A stretch of 56,619 nucleotides of DNA. Origin: Filomicrobium sp. Lineage in GTDB: Bacteria; Pseudomonadota; Alphaproteobacteria; Rhizobiales; Hyphomicrobiaceae. Positions 1 through 8,690 of the stretch are shown piece after piece. Where the stretch lies: NCBI GenBank assembly GCA_030665765.1, contig DAOUZE010000001.1, forward strand, positions 1-56,619, read 5' to 3'. The number at the start of each line of letters is the position of its first letter. Within the stretch, counting starts at the first letter, position 1. Under the pieces are notes generated by a model, which was not told the DNA's origin, ran no database searches, and saw only the letters and a program-made list of their open reading frames with translations. The position numbers and the translations under genes were made by a program.

Positions 1-770
1 GGCTTACCAAGATCTGCGGCCGTCGGCGCATCGAAGCCTGGCACCGGCTCCTTGGTCGTTACCATTAGTGGACGCAGCTGCTTGTTTGCAACGAAGCTCG
101 CCAACGCCGATGAGTTGGTGCAGATGAACGTTGCCGTTCCCGCAAGCACCGCGGTCGCGGCCGCGCCGCCGCCCTTGAGCGGAATGTGGATCAATTCCTC
201 AACCGGATTTTCGATGCCGAACTCCCGCAACACCATGGCGCCCGCGATATGCAACAGCGAACCGACACCCGACGAGCTGTAACTCACTGTCTTCGGATTT
301 GCTTTGATTTTCGCCACCAGGTCTTCCATCGACTTAATGTCGGAATTGGCGGCGACCGCGCAGGCGACCGGATTGATCTCGTAAACTCCGACGAAGTCGA
401 ACTCATCGAGTTTGTATGGCAGCGTTGCCTTCATCGCCGGGTTCACAGTGTGCGAGCCAACGCGTGCGATCATCATTGTGTAGCCGTCAGCGCCCGCGTT
501 CCTTACCGAGACGGTGCCTGTCGCACCGCCGGCGCCGGTTCTGTTCACCGTAAGCACCGGGTGCGGGATAAGCTTGCCCAGTGGTCCTGCAAGTGTTCGA
601 CCGGAGATGTCGGTGGCGCCGCCGGGACCGTAGGGTATGACCACAGTGATTGGACGTGATGGATACTCAGCCATTGCCGCAGTGGACAGCACGCTGCCAA
701 GGCTGACAACGGATGCTGTGAGGCCAACTGCGGTGGAGAGTTTCCATCCGCGCATTTTCCTGCCCATCAT
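1..770 (-). CDS. Tripartite tricarboxylate transporter substrate-binding protein (TctC/Bug family), 3' end outside window
   Basis: Manual translation from ATG 770 (RBS AGGAGG): signal peptide, then AEYPSRPITVVIPYGPGGATDISGR...NRTGAGGATG...DGYT and SSSGVGSLLH, which are Bug/TctC signatures. Absent from the ORF track because it runs off the edge. Confidence 0.9.
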   Translation of the reverse strand, partial: MMGRKMRGWKLSTAVGLTASVVSLGSVLSTAAMAEYPSRPITVVIPYGPGGATDISGRTLAGPLGKLIPHPVLTVNRTGAGGATGTVSVRNAGADGYTMMIARVGSHTVNPAMKATLPYKLDEFDFVGVYEINPVACAVAANSDIKSMEDLVAKIKANPKTVSYSSSGVGSLLHIAGAMVLREFGIENPVEELIHIPLKGGGAAATAVLAGTATFICTNSSALASFVANKQLRPLMVTTKEPVPGFDAPTAADLGK

Positions 771-824
771 TTTATTTCCTCCTGTTCTAGTTTCCTTGAG
801 CTTGAAACGGCACAACACCGCCCC

Positions 825-1562
825 TCACTGTCTTTTTTTGGTTGGAGACAAATCCATATCTAAACGGATTATGTCGCTGAGGTAGAGGGCGTCGGCAATG
901 TAGATGACGTGCCCTTTGGTGTCGGCAATCGATCTTCTGACTCTGGCGATCGGGTTGGCAAGCGGAATATCGAGATGCTTTGCTGTCTCGGCATCGGCAA
1001 CGTCGATAGCAATCGACTGTCGAACCTTGCAGATATCGATGTTCTTCATACCTGCGAGGACCGGTATAACGGTTTTTTTCCGGAATTGTTTTGGAGCGCG
1101 CATGTAGATTTCCGCGGACAGATAAAACTCAATCACACAGAACGGTTCGCCATCGCAGTAGTGCACGCGCTTGACGTATTTGTAGGCACCCGCGGGCTCA
1201 CCGTCGTCGTCGCGTAGCTTCGGCATGCGGTCAGAGGCTTCCACCAGCATTGCACGCACATCGAGTTTGTCGAGCATTCCAACGAGCGACGGCCAATCGG
1301 TGGGGAGTTTGAGCCAGTGTAGGTCACGTGGATCGTTTTGAACGACCGTGCCGACACCTTGACGGCGCAGGACGAGACCTTCCGATTCAAGCAGCCCGAG
1401 CGCCTGCCGCATGGTCTGCGTGGCGACGCCGAAGCGGTCTGCGAGCTGGTTCATTGCTGGAAGCTTTGTTCCGACCGGCCACGTGCCGATCCCGATCTCA
1501 TGGCGCAGCGACGAGGCGATCTGAGTGTAGAGCGGTATTGCGCTTCGCTTGAGGTTCGCCAC
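825..1562 (-). CDS. GntR-family transcriptional regulator (HutC subfamily, UTRA domain)
   Basis: N-terminal wHTH PLYTQIA...KLP...LADRFGV...RQAL..L..EGLV.RRQGVGT; UTRA-like C-terminal domain. Confidence 0.9.
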   Translation of the reverse strand: MANLKRSAIPLYTQIASSLRHEIGIGTWPVGTKLPAMNQLADRFGVATQTMRQALGLLESEGLVLRRQGVGTVVQNDPRDLHWLKLPTDWPSLVGMLDKLDVRAMLVEASDRMPKLRDDDGEPAGAYKYVKRVHYCDGEPFCVIEFYLSAEIYMRAPKQFRKKTVIPVLAGMKNIDICKVRQSIAIDVADAETAKHLDIPLANPIARVRRSIADTKGHVIYIADALYLSDIIRLDMDLSPTKKRQ

Positions 1563-1612
1563 GTTAAACGTCCTTGCCGCGATCGGATGCGCATATTAAG
1601 GTCATACATAAA

Positions 1613-1626
1613 ACTGGATGTCTAGT
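1613..1626. promoter_or_regulatory. Possible GntR operator (imperfect palindrome ACTGGATGTCTAGT)
   Basis: Imperfect inverted repeat in the AT-richer 127-bp gap between the divergent gntR and enolase genes. Confidence 0.3.
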
Positions 1627-1689
1627 CTTATGCGTTGATATCCCTCTGAGGGGATCGAGCACCCGCACGGCCTTAAGGGGTAATGAAAC

Positions 1690-2838
1690 ATGCAAGACAG
1701 CATGGTCATCAGGCGCATCGACACATACGTCTACCGCTGTCCTGTCGACCGTCCCGTCGCGACATCGTTTGGCATTATGCGCGATCGGCCTGCCGTTTTT
1801 GTGCGGATCGAAGACCAGAAAGGTGCATTCGGCTGGGGTGAGATTTTCGCCAACTGGCCCGCCGCAGGAGCCGAACATCGTGCCAATTTGTTGATGAAGG
1901 ACGTCGCCGATCTTGTTCTTGGCGTCGAACTGCAAACACCGCGAGATCTGTTCCATAAGCTCGAAAGTGAAACCCGAATACGGGCAATTCAATGCGGCGA
2001 GTTGGGCCCGTTCCGGCAAGTCACTGCAGGGCTCGACATCGCCCTATGGGATCTTTTTTCGCGCCGCGCCGGCCAGCCGCTAGGCAAATTTATCAACCCC
2101 AGCGCTTCGGCAAGTCTGCCAGCGTATGCCAGTGGTATCCAAGTTCGCGACGCTGAAGAGCTCATCGGCAGCTCGCGTAATGCCGGCTTCCGGGCTTATA
2201 AGGTGAAGGTCGGTTTCGACCTTCCCACCGATGTTGCTGCAACTCGGGCCGCTGCATCGGCACTGCAGCCTGGTGAACGCCTCTTCACCGATGCCAACCA
2301 AGCCTGGGACCTCGCATCCGCTGAAACGTTTGTCACCAAGTTGTCTGGTTGCGATATCGGCTGGCTCGAGGAGCCGCTGCCGGTTGATGCTCACGAGAGC
2401 GACTGGCGCCGACTTGCTGCGATGAGTGAAATACCGCTCGCCGGCGGTGAGAACATTGCCGGCTACGGAGAATTCAAAACCGCGATCGGTACCGGCGCTC
2501 TGGCGTTCTATCAACCCGATGTCGCCAAGTGGGGTGGCGTTACCGGTTGCTACGATGTCGCCGGGCAGGCGATTGCGGCGGGTCAGACCTATTGCCCACA
2601 TTTTCTTGGAGGGGGTGTCGGTCTTGAGGCTTCCGCGCACCTTCTCGCGGCGGTGGGCGGGGCGGGCCTGCTCGAAATCGATGTAAACCCAAATCCCCTA
2701 CGCGATCGTCTTTCTGACAGCGGTCAGTCTCTTCGCGCTGGATGTTGGCACGTCGGCGATGCCCCGGGCCTCGGTATCGAGGAACTGCCCGGCGATTTAG
2801 CCGCCTTCGAAACGCTGACAATTTCACGGAGCCTTTGA
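1690..2838 (+). CDS. Mandelate racemase/muconate lactonizing enzyme (enolase superfamily), MR-like subgroup
   Basis: KxK motif (YKVKVG); metal ligands DANQ, WLEEP, GGEN; QPDVAKWGG; CPH; LLEID. Confidence 0.88.
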   Translation: MQDSMVIRRIDTYVYRCPVDRPVATSFGIMRDRPAVFVRIEDQKGAFGWGEIFANWPAAGAEHRANLLMKDVADLVLGVELQTPRDLFHKLESETRIRAIQCGELGPFRQVTAGLDIALWDLFSRRAGQPLGKFINPSASASLPAYASGIQVRDAEELIGSSRNAGFRAYKVKVGFDLPTDVAATRAAASALQPGERLFTDANQAWDLASAETFVTKLSGCDIGWLEEPLPVDAHESDWRRLAAMSEIPLAGGENIAGYGEFKTAIGTGALAFYQPDVAKWGGVTGCYDVAGQAIAAGQTYCPHFLGGGVGLEASAHLLAAVGGAGLLEIDVNPNPLRDRLSDSGQSLRAGCWHVGDAPGLGIEELPGDLAAFETLTISRSL

Positions 2839-2882
2839 AAAACGGGAGAGGGCAGGATGAAAGACAAGAAAGGAGCTGGGCC

Positions 2883-4124
2883 ATGAAGCTGTCACCGCTG
2901 GAGCAGGCGATGCTCGACGGCGAGATGGGGGCAGCGAGACAATGGGCGGTCCGTCATCAACTGCAGGTCGGCCGAATGTTCGATGCCAAAGACATGGTTG
3001 AAGTTTCGCAGGCACACATGATGGCCGACCCGGAGTCGATCGGCGTGGCCGGTGTTGCGCTGTTCGAAGCCTTCGCTGCGTTGCCTGAAACTGAGCGCCG
3101 CGTTCATATTCCGATGATCACCGACCCGCGCGGCGTCGATCTCAGCTATTACCAGCCCCTGGGCCAAACCGAAGAGATGGCCGACCTTGAACGCCGCTTC
3201 GTTGCGGCTTGCCTGAAGCTGGGCATCCTGCTGACCGATACCTGCATCAACTACCAGACGATCATGCCGCCGGTGCAAGGTGAAAACGTGGCTTACGGCG
3301 ACACCGGCGTCGTCATCTATTCCAACAGCGTATGCGGCGCACGTTCCAATTTCGAGGGTGGTCCCTCGGCGCTCGCCGCGGGGTTGACCGGCCGCACCCC
3401 GCGCTATGGCCTTCATCTCGACCAGCACCGCCAGGCGACCTGTCGTTTTGTTATCCGACAACAGCCGGAAGGGCTCACCGACGGGGGTGTTCTCGGCGCC
3501 GTCATTGGACGCAAAGCTGGATCCTACTGGGAAGTGCCCGTTATTGAGGGTGTCGAGCGTGTTCCGAACTCCGACGAGATCAAGCACATGGGCGCGGCGA
3601 TGGCGAGTTACGGTTCGACGCCACTATTCCATATCGTTGGTATCACACCGGAGTGCCAAACACTGTCCGATGTCAGTGGCGATAAGCTTCGCAGCAAAGA
3701 AGTAACAAAATCCGATATCGACGAGCTGCGCCGGCCATTCGGGGCCAAAGGCGAGAAAGTCGACGTCGTGGTCTTCGCCGCTCCGCAGCTCTCGCTCGTC
3801 GAGATGCAGCAGGTTGCCAATCTTTGCCGTGGCAAGACAATCCACAGTGGCACCGATCTACTCGTCTGCACTCCACCCAGTGTTTACGTCGATGCCGAAC
3901 GAATGGGTCTTGTCGATATGATCGAAACCTTCGGCGCCAAAGTCCTCCAGGGCACCTGTTTCTACCAGCAGTACGCCCGCGAAATTGGCGAGGCTAATGG
4001 GTGGAAACGGCTCCTGTCCAATTCCACGAAGATCGTCAACATTCTCGGCGGCTACGGCTATCAGCCGGCACTAGCTTCGATGGAGGATTGCATCGCATCG
4101 GCCGTCGCCGGGGAGATCATCTGA
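2883..4124 (+). CDS. Aconitase X large (catalytic) subunit, DUF521
   Basis: MKLSPLEQAMLDGE.G start after RBS AGGAG; TCINY; NSVCGARSN.EG..SALAA.LTGRTP.YGLH; GAAMAS.G...LFHIVGITPE. Confidence 0.88.
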   Translation: MKLSPLEQAMLDGEMGAARQWAVRHQLQVGRMFDAKDMVEVSQAHMMADPESIGVAGVALFEAFAALPETERRVHIPMITDPRGVDLSYYQPLGQTEEMADLERRFVAACLKLGILLTDTCINYQTIMPPVQGENVAYGDTGVVIYSNSVCGARSNFEGGPSALAAGLTGRTPRYGLHLDQHRQATCRFVIRQQPEGLTDGGVLGAVIGRKAGSYWEVPVIEGVERVPNSDEIKHMGAAMASYGSTPLFHIVGITPECQTLSDVSGDKLRSKEVTKSDIDELRRPFGAKGEKVDVVVFAAPQLSLVEMQQVANLCRGKTIHSGTDLLVCTPPSVYVDAERMGLVDMIETFGAKVLQGTCFYQQYAREIGEANGWKRLLSNSTKIVNILGGYGYQPALASMEDCIASAVAGEII

Positions 4125-4543
4125 TGGAAGAAGAACTAAAATGCCATGTCGGCATCGGGGGTGTTGTCGAAGGTGAAGCGCTTGTCGCCAATGACAATTT
4201 TTCCGCTCGCTATGATCTCGACCGCATCAAGGGCGTGTTTTCAAGGCCGACGCACGCATTGGCCGGTCAGTCCTATAAGGACAAAATCCTGGTCTTCAAC
4301 ACAGCCAAGGGCGGCGTTGCATCGGCCTGGATGCTGCACGAGATGACCGCGCGTGGCATCGCGCCGAAGGCAATCTTGTTCAATGCCGCGAATACGATAC
4401 TTGCCCAGGGCGCTGCTCTCGCCGGCATGGCCATGTGCGACCGCTTCGCCGACGGGGATGTGACAACCCTCATCTCGACCGGCGACTTCGTCACGGTCTA
4501 TCCAGAGCAAGGCCGCGTCGTCGTGAAAAGAAAGGGGATCTGA
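4124..4543 (+). CDS. Aconitase X small (swivel) subunit, DUF126
   Basis: GVVEGEALV...HALAGQS.KDKILVF..AKGG...APKAI; ATG overlaps the upstream TGA. Confidence 0.85.
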   Translation: MEEELKCHVGIGGVVEGEALVANDNFSARYDLDRIKGVFSRPTHALAGQSYKDKILVFNTAKGGVASAWMLHEMTARGIAPKAILFNAANTILAQGAALAGMAMCDRFADGDVTTLISTGDFVTVYPEQGRVVVKRKGI

Positions 4544-4544
4544 A

Positions 4545-5279
4545 TTGCGAGAAGCTGCCGAGGCGCTCGACGTAAAGGTTTGGCGGGGCAACGCCCATGG
4601 CGGCGGTTACCGCTCGTATTCGGTTCCGGCCCAAGAAAGCCAGACCGTGCTTGACGTCGTCACCTGGATCCAACAGCACGCCGAGCCGACGCTGACTTAC
4701 CGCTTCGCGTGCCGTGTCGGCATGTGTGGTTCCTGTGCGATGATGGTGAACGGCGAGCCTAGATGGACGTGCCGAACCCATGTCCGCAGGGTTCTCGACG
4801 GCAAGCGGCTGGAGATTGCGCCGCTGCGCAATCTACCGGTAATCAAGGACCTCGCCACCGACATGGCGGAGTTCTTTGACAAATGGACTGGCGCTGAAGG
4901 AGTTTTCCACCCGACAGCAACGCGCAAGGACGCCATCGCGCCGATTTCGCCGGCCGATCCGATGCGCCAGCTCGCCAACGAAGCCGTCGAGTGCATCAAT
5001 TGCGCGGTCTGTTATTCAGCTTGCGATACCGTCACCGCCAATCCCAGCTACCTCGGCCCAGCCGCGCTCAATCGCGCTTGGACACTGCAGAATGATGAAC
5101 GCGATGGCGCCTATGCGCCGCGCCTTCGCGCCGTTTCCGCGGATGGTGGCTGTTTCAACTGCCATTCCCATCAAAGTTGCCTGACCTATTGCCCCAATGA
5201 CCTCAATCCAACCGCTTCGATTGCTGGTTTAAAGCGGCTTTCGTCAACGTCATTCCTAAGACGAGGGAGAACGCGATGA
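4545..5279 (+). CDS. SDH/fumarate-reductase-like iron-sulfur subunit
   Basis: CRVGMCGSC...C (2Fe-2S), CINCAVCYSAC (4Fe-4S), CHSHQSC...CP (3Fe-4S), PLRNLPVIKDL; TTG start uncertain. Confidence 0.9.
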   Translation: MREAAEALDVKVWRGNAHGGGYRSYSVPAQESQTVLDVVTWIQQHAEPTLTYRFACRVGMCGSCAMMVNGEPRWTCRTHVRRVLDGKRLEIAPLRNLPVIKDLATDMAEFFDKWTGAEGVFHPTATRKDAIAPISPADPMRQLANEAVECINCAVCYSACDTVTANPSYLGPAALNRAWTLQNDERDGAYAPRLRAVSADGGCFNCHSHQSCLTYCPNDLNPTASIAGLKRLSSTSFLRRGRTR

Positions 5280-5605
5280 TCGGGTTGCGTCTCTATCTGG
5301 CCCAGCGACTGAGCGCCTTTCTGATGGCGCCACTCGTGATCGGTCACATTGCGACGATGATCTACGCCGTACAAAACGGACTCACCGCTTCGGAAATCCT
5401 TGATAGAACACAAGGCAGCCTCTGGTGGGGCGCGTTTTATGGTTTATTCGTCGGCGCTGTCTCCGTCCATGCCGCCATCGGGTTGCGGGCTATTGCATTC
5501 GAGACATTGAACCTGCCGGTTCGCTGGCTCAATCCCTTGACGTGGACGGTTGGGATGGTGCTTGCGCTACTGGGGGGCCGTGCAGTCGCGGCCGTGGTGT
5601 TCTGA
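5276..5605 (+). CDS. SDH-like membrane anchor subunit
   Basis: QRLSA motif, three hydrophobic helices, His in VHAAIGLR; coupled overlap with neighbours. Confidence 0.8.
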   Translation: MIGLRLYLAQRLSAFLMAPLVIGHIATMIYAVQNGLTASEILDRTQGSLWWGAFYGLFVGAVSVHAAIGLRAIAFETLNLPVRWLNPLTWTVGMVLALLGGRAVAAVVF

Positions 5606-5946
5606 TGAAAGCAAAGCACAACCGCGATCCCCTCCGCATCGCTTCCCTCATCCACCGCATATCAGGTTTAGCTCTGGCACTGTTCTTGCCGCTTCATTTC
5701 TATGTTCTGGGTTTGGCTCTCAACGATGCGGCCCGCCTCGACACGTTCCTGCGATGGACGGACTATCCTCTGGTGAAACTCGCCGAAGCGGTGCTGGTGC
5801 TGCTTTTGTCACTGCACCTGTTCGGCGGTTTGCGGCTTTTGGCGCTGGAGTTCCTTCCCTGGTCGCCACGGCAGAAGGCCTATGCAGCCATCGCGGCGGC
5901 GCTGTCGTTCTTCGTTTCAATCGGTTTTTTCCTCAGCGCGGTGTGA
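5605..5946 (+). CDS. SDH-like cytochrome b membrane subunit (SdhC-like)
   Basis: HRISG motif and HLFGGLR heme-ligand helix; ATG 5605 overlaps the upstream TGA. Confidence 0.82.
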   Translation: MKAKHNRDPLRIASLIHRISGLALALFLPLHFYVLGLALNDAARLDTFLRWTDYPLVKLAEAVLVLLLSLHLFGGLRLLALEFLPWSPRQKAYAAIAAALSFFVSIGFFLSAV

Positions 5947-5950
5947 ACCT

Positions 5951-7717
5951 ATGTTTGAACGTCACGATACCGACGTCCTGATTATCGGAGCCGGAGGCGC
6001 TGGGCTCTTCGCCACTCTGCATGCCCAGAAGGCAGCATCCGATATCAAGGTAACGATCGCCGTGAAAGGCCTCCTCGGTAAGTGCGGTTGCACGCGCATG
6101 GTCCAGGGTGGATATAACGTGGCGCTCGGCAAAGGCGACTCGGTGGAACGCCATTTCATGGACACCATCATCGGCGGCAAGTGGTTGCCCGACCAGGCGA
6201 TGGCCTGGAAGCTGTGCGAGACGGCCGTCGTGCGTGTGCGCGAGCTCGAAAACGAAATCGGCTGCTTCTTCGATCGCATGCCGGATGGAAGTCTGCATCA
6301 AAAGGCCTTTGCCGGCCAAACCTTCGACCGGACCGTTCACAAGGGCGATCTCACCGGCATCGAGATCATCAACCGCTTGATGGAGCAGGTCTTGGCAAGA
6401 CCTGTTGAACGCCTCGAAGAGCATCGCGCGCTGGCGCTCATTAAGTCGAACTCCGGTGACGAACTTGCGGGTGTTCTGTTTGTCGACATGCGCCGCGGCG
6501 TCTTTCGCTTTGTGCGTGCCAAGGTCGTCTTGATGGCAACCGGTGGCGGTCCAACCATATACCGGTATCATACGCCTTCAGGCGACAAGTCGATGGACGG
6601 GCTCGCCATGGCTCTCCGTCTTGGCCTGCCGCTGCGGGACATGGAAATGGTTCAGTTCCATCCGACGGGTTTGCTCGGCGGCGAGAACACTCGAATGACC
6701 GGTACGGTCCTTGAGGAAGGGTTGCGGGGAGCAGGCGGCTATCTCCTCGACGGCAACGGCCGTCGGTTCATGTTCGACTACGACGAGAGCGGTGAACGTG
6801 CTACGCGCGATATCGTCAGCCGCGCTATTTACGACGAGATGCGCAAGGGCAATACAACACCAAACGGTGGCGTTTACATCGCCATGAGTCACCTGGGGCC
6901 CGATGATGTGCGTCAGCGCTTCAAGGGAATGGTCAAACGCTGTGCCGACTGCGGCTTTGATTTGGCGGCTGGACGTGTCGAGGTCGTGCCAACAGCGCAC
7001 TATCTCATGGGTGGCCTGGTCGTCGATCCTGACACCCGTACCGAGCTTCGCGGTTTGTACGTAGCTGGCGAGGATGCCGGCGGCGCCCACGGCTCAAACC
7101 GCCTCGGCGGCAACGGAGTTGCGAACTCGACCGTGTATGGTGGTGTTGCTGGCGACATAATGGCCGGGGATGTCACCGGCGCAGTGGGAGATAACTCGCT
7201 CAAGCTCCTGCGAGAGCCTGATGAAGCCCAGATCGAAGCCGAAATCGCCCGCGCGCGCCTGCCCTTCTCCCGCAAAAACGGCAACGTTCACGAGCTTCGA
7301 CTACGGCTCATGCATATGATGTGGGATGAAGTTGGCGTGATGCGCACCGGTGACGGACTGCGGCGTGGTATGAAGCAACTGCAAGAGTTGAAGGCGGAGC
7401 TTCTGGAAACCGGGCTTCCCGACGACGATATGGTATTCAACATTACCTGGCACGACTGGCTTAATCTGCATAGCCTCATCGAAGTGTCCGAGGTAATTGC
7501 CAGCGCAGCATTGTCGCGCGAGAATTCGCGTGGTGCCCATTACCGCGAAGACTTCCCCGACTCCGGCAAACTTGAAACCTCATACTTCACCGTGGCGAGG
7601 CGTATAGCGGGCGATCAACTCGAAGTGTCGCAGGAGCCCGTTGACTTCTCGATCGTCCGGCCCGGCGAAACGCTTTTAAAGGACGAGCCCGAAACCCTTG
7701 TGTCGGCTCGGGGCTGA
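5951..7717 (+). CDS. SDH/FRD/NadB-family flavoprotein subunit, non-canonical
   Basis: GAGGAG, MATGG, DMEMVQFHPT, TRDIVSR, PTAHYLMGG, HGSNRLGGN, RENSRGAHYREDFP. Confidence 0.9.
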   Translation: MFERHDTDVLIIGAGGAGLFATLHAQKAASDIKVTIAVKGLLGKCGCTRMVQGGYNVALGKGDSVERHFMDTIIGGKWLPDQAMAWKLCETAVVRVRELENEIGCFFDRMPDGSLHQKAFAGQTFDRTVHKGDLTGIEIINRLMEQVLARPVERLEEHRALALIKSNSGDELAGVLFVDMRRGVFRFVRAKVVLMATGGGPTIYRYHTPSGDKSMDGLAMALRLGLPLRDMEMVQFHPTGLLGGENTRMTGTVLEEGLRGAGGYLLDGNGRRFMFDYDESGERATRDIVSRAIYDEMRKGNTTPNGGVYIAMSHLGPDDVRQRFKGMVKRCADCGFDLAAGRVEVVPTAHYLMGGLVVDPDTRTELRGLYVAGEDAGGAHGSNRLGGNGVANSTVYGGVAGDIMAGDVTGAVGDNSLKLLREPDEAQIEAEIARARLPFSRKNGNVHELRLRLMHMMWDEVGVMRTGDGLRRGMKQLQELKAELLETGLPDDDMVFNITWHDWLNLHSLIEVSEVIASAALSRENSRGAHYREDFPDSGKLETSYFTVARRIAGDQLEVSQEPVDFSIVRPGETLLKDEPETLVSARG

Positions 7718-7727
7718 GGAGAGTACA

Positions 7728-8690
7728 ATGATCCTTCTCGAAACCATTCAAGAAACGGCCATGACCCTGATGGACAAGGCCGCAATCGACATCCCGGAGG
7801 ATTATCTCTCGGGGCTCAAACGTACAGCGGAAGTCGAGGATGGTGACCTCTCCTCGTTCGTCCTGCAAGCGATGCTGGAAAACTACGAAGCAGCAAAAGA
7901 GGACCGGCGCGCGATGTGCGGGGATACCGGCTGCCCACGCTGGTACGTGAAGATGGCTAACGATGCCAACCTCGAAGGCGGCCCGGTTGGGCTCGAGGCC
8001 GCGTTGCGCCGTGCAACGGCGGAGGCCACGAACGCCATACCTTTACGCCCCAACCGAGTTCATCCACTGTGGCGGACCGACCACGACAATAATGTCGGCA
8101 TCAACGCACCGGAGATCGAGTTCGCCTTCGAGCCTGAAGGGGACTGGATCGACCTGACGACCGTGCACAAGGGCGGCCTCTTTGGCACCGACTACCGCAT
8201 GCTGTTTCCCGCCGATGGGATCGAAGGCATCAAGCGCTTCTTCCTCGACAGCCTGGTCGCATTCGGCAAGCGCGGACTGTCCTGCCAACCGGCGATCATC
8301 GGCATCGGAGTGGGCGGTTCGAAGGACACCTGCATGGTGCTCGGCAAGCGCGCCGCTTGCCTGCGGACCGTTGGCGACCGCAACCCCGATCCCCGCATCG
8401 CCGAGCTGGAAGTCGAGTTCAAGGAACTCGGCAACAGCATCGGCATGGGCGCGATGGGATTCGTCGGCAAATCGATGGTCATCGATTGCCATATCGAGGT
8501 CGGCTACTGTCATACCGGCGGGATGCAAATGAGCGTTCACGCCTTCTGCCTGTCTTCGCGCAGAGCCTGCGCCCGTATTCACGCCGATGGGTCCGTTGAA
8601 TATCGGACCGATCCCCAGTGGTTCACACCTTATCAGCGCCGGGAGACAGTTGAATGGCCAGCAACAGCGCCTTCAAGAAAGTCCGCCTGA
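7728..8690 (+). CDS. Class I fumarate hydratase / L-tartrate dehydratase-like alpha subunit, divergent
   Basis: MCGDTG, LRPN, SCQP.IIGIGVGG, GMGAMGFVG, FCLSSRR; RBS GAGGAG before ATG 7728. Confidence 0.85.
   Translation: MILLETIQETAMTLMDKAAIDIPEDYLSGLKRTAEVEDGDLSSFVLQAMLENYEAAKEDRRAMCGDTGCPRWYVKMANDANLEGGPVGLEAALRRATAEATNAIPLRPNRVHPLWRTDHDNNVGINAPEIEFAFEPEGDWIDLTTVHKGGLFGTDYRMLFPADGIEGIKRFFLDSLVAFGKRGLSCQPAIIGIGVGGSKDTCMVLGKRAACLRTVGDRNPDPRIAELEVEFKELGNSIGMGAMGFVGKSMVIDCHIEVGYCHTGGMQMSVHAFCLSSRRACARIHADGSVEYRTDPQWFTPYQRRETVEWPATAPSRKSA

Noticed and set aside
2742-2882. Longer N-terminus for the AcnX large subunit, and similar ORF-track extensions at 4001, 5425, 5882, 7698, 20536, 30216, 33114, 36468, 50189, 51505 and 53997
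   Set aside because: They overlap upstream genes or regulatory sites; downstream starts have RBSs or coupled overlaps and match family N-termini.
4545-7717. Calling these genes housekeeping sdhCDAB, frdABCD or nadB
   Set aside because: The gene order differs, the covalent-FAD His motif is absent, no TCA or nadA/nadC neighbours are present, and the context is a regulated catabolic operon.
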